Origin: Rebecca billardiae RCC1528
Lineage: Eukaryota > Protista > Haptophyta
Direction: 5' to 3'
DNA length: 64,000 nt
Assembly: GCA_965240325.2 (NCBI GenBank)
Contig: OZ251243.1
Location: 496,001 to 560,000, forward strand
Part shown: piece after piece, positions 61,840 through 64,000 of the stretch
How positions within the stretch are numbered: position 1 is the first letter of the stretch
Layout of the letters: the number at the start of each line of letters is the position of its first letter
Made by a program: the position numbers and the translations under genes
Notes under the pieces: generated by a model
What the model was told of the DNA's origin: nothing
Database searches by the model: none
What the model saw: the letters and a program-made list of their open reading frames with translations, nothing else

Positions 61840-62375
61840 GGGCCCATACGAGGCGCGGCTCGACACCTTCCCCGCGATCGTCCCGATTGTCGTGGGGGCG
61901 TTCGGCGAGTGGAGCGCGGAGGTGGACCTCACCCTCAAGAAGATCGCCAAGATGGGGCGGGACACGTGGCGCGCGCGCCTCAGCGCGCCCTCGCGCCCCG
62001 CCGCCGAGCGCGCGCTGCTCGGCACCATGCGGCGCGAGCTGGGCATGCGCTGCCTGCGTGGCCAGGCCAAGATGCTCATCGCCCGCGCGCGCATGGCGCA
62101 CGTGCGCCCGGGGGCACGCGCCCGCGGGGGCACTGCGTACGACGACTGCTTCGAGACGACGGCTGACGACGCGTGGCACCGCGACCACCGCGGTGGCGCG
62201 CGCGCGTCGACGCCAGACGGTGCGTCGAGCTTCCGCTCGGCGATGGAGTGATGGGCGACTACGAGGGGGGGGGGACGACGGCGAGGAGCGCTGATCCTGG
62301 TGTTTGTCTCTGCTGCTCGATCTGCCGCTACAGCTTGCTGACTCTGACGCCTGCCCGTTGCATACCACGTCGTTA
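61840..62375 (+). mobile_element. 5'-truncated non-LTR (CRE/RLE-type) retrotransposon copy C
   Basis: Encodes YEARL...IVPIVVGAFGEWS...RRELGMRCLRGQAKMLIAR, which resembles an RLE endonuclease C-terminus. Flanked by (TA)n at 61826-61839 and 62376-62387. Confidence 0.7.
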
Positions 62376-63805
62376 ATATATATATATAATAAGCAGTCGT
62401 AGATCGAGTGATGAACGACGAATAAGTAATGCCCTGGTGCCAGCTGATCTCTCTCTCTCCGTCTCTCTCTCTCTAGGTTACTCTATCTCTCTCTCTCTCG
62501 GCCTGTTTTATTTCTACCAGATTCCATTTACTATGTCACGGCGACAAACCCGTGCCCGCCAGTGGGAATCGGTGTCACGCCCCGTTCAGTGTACCTCTCA
62601 CGGCCGATCGCCCGATGGCGGCCTCGGCGTGCGCGAGGAATGCGATTCCTGCACTCCTCGGTGACCGGTGAGTGCAGGAATCCAGTTGCGGCGCTCGTCC
62701 GCCTCGTCGTCGTCGCACACGAGGTACACTGAAGAGCACGGGTCAGAAGCCAGATCTCTCTGCGCGCTCGCGCCCGCGCGGCGAGGCACTGGCAGGCTTG
62801 TTCTGGCATCATCTTGGCCAAGACTGCAGCCTGCCAGATGCGCGAGGACGCGTGTGCACGCCTTTCCCGCGTCATGGGTGCGCGTGGCACGCACCCTGTC
62901 GTCATCTACGCCGAGGAGGCCTGAGCAACCAGCCCACCAACCTGCCGTGACCACGTTCAAATGCAGGCGGCAAGCTGCATGCGAGCGCACGCAACGGAAG
63001 CATCTCACGCTCGACAAGGAAGTGGCGGCGGAGCGAGTGTAGCTGGTATCGTTTGCAGCCCATCGGTTGTTCAACAATCCTGGTTCAACAACTGACACGG
63101 GCGCGACGCAGCCAAGGCAGAGTGCTTGCAGCTCGCAGCGCGCCCGCAACTGCGGTTTGCCGCCGCGGCGCGGCGATCGTCACACCGCCGTGCGCTGCGA
63201 GTGACCTCTGTGTCATGGCGAAGCACCATGGCAAGGCTAAGCAGCATGCCTTGGCAACACCTTTCGCTACAGCTCAGCGCCCTAGTACGAACATCCGCCA
63301 ACGACGTGCCATCCCTACTCCGCAATCGCGCCGGCACCCACCACCAGCGGGCAAGCCGCCATTTTACCCGGTTTTGGCGAATGTCGCCGTTGGGCTCTCG
63401 TAGAAATAAAACAGGCCCCTCTCTCTCTCTCTCTCACTCTCTCTATATCAGTTAGTTTTGAACGTGATGGTTATAGTGCAGTAGTGCCCGCGCTGCGCGG
63501 GCTCCACGCTGCGAGCTCCACCCTGCACCGCGGGTCATAATTAATCAGAATGTCGGCCGGCTGTCCAGGTCCAGGCCTGCGTGCGCGGCACTACTCCGTA
63601 ATCAGTACTCGGGCTCGGCCGGGGCGGCGTCCGTGACGGCTCGGAATCCGCGCAGCAATCGGCCTGCCAGCAGCACTAAGCCCAGCAGCTGCGGCAACGG
63701 CAGCTCAACCCGCGCATATTTGGGCTCGCCGGCTCCTTGGCGATGGAAGGTGGTGGCGCCGTCGCTCCCCAGCCGTGGCCCGGGATCTGCTGACTGAACC
63801 TCACC

Positions 63806-64000
63806 TCAGAAGATGTGTGCGGCCATGGCGGCGCTCTGAGCTCCCGGCGTGGGTGGGCCCGGGTCGCCTTCGCCGTCCGATGCATCCCCAGACGGCGGTG
63901 CCGCCGCGCTGCGCGGAGGGAGCGGCTCCCCGATGCCGACATGGAGCAGTAGCCGCTTCGACGAGACCTCCGCCGTCGCCTCCACGTCGATCGCCTTGGC
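63806..64000 (-). CDS. Possible 3' end of a gene extending beyond the window
   Basis: Open frame from the window edge: AKAIDVEATAEVSSKRLLLHVG...AAHIF*. Confidence 0.35.
   Translation of the reverse strand, partial: AKAIDVEATAEVSSKRLLLHVGIGEPLPPRSAAAPPSGDASDGEGDPGPPTPGAQSAAMAAHIF

Overview
Very GC-rich eukaryotic DNA with short (about 85-140 bp) GC-rich GT-AG introns. A SQD1 gene with a bipartite plastid-targeting leader points to a complex-plastid alga, possibly a haptophyte (inference only). About 20 protein genes can be supported: TMEM50/Vps68, an inverted gene pair, a UBL-TM protein, a sulfotransferase, a Zn2Cys6 TF, SQD1, eEF3-like, a cNMP-binding protein, a rhodanese, DUF1990, a nucleotidyltransferase-EamA fusion, a tandem MYC_N/GAF-like protein, a GT-like protein and a divergent eRF1. 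There are also two copies of a Tc1/IS630-type element, a nested inverted duplication (2.8-10 kb) and a transposon nest in (TA)n tracts at 54-62 kb. The top finding is an intronless eRF1 homologue (52228-53533) with NIKS, YxCxxxF and GGQ intact. It is split by GTT-TAA-C just after NIKSRV, and a +1 shift restores the conserved SRVNR. This is the architecture of bacterial RF2 autoregulatory frameshifting, although a 1-nt assembly error or pseudogenisation cannot be excluded. Family assignments come from motif recognition by eye; no searches were run.
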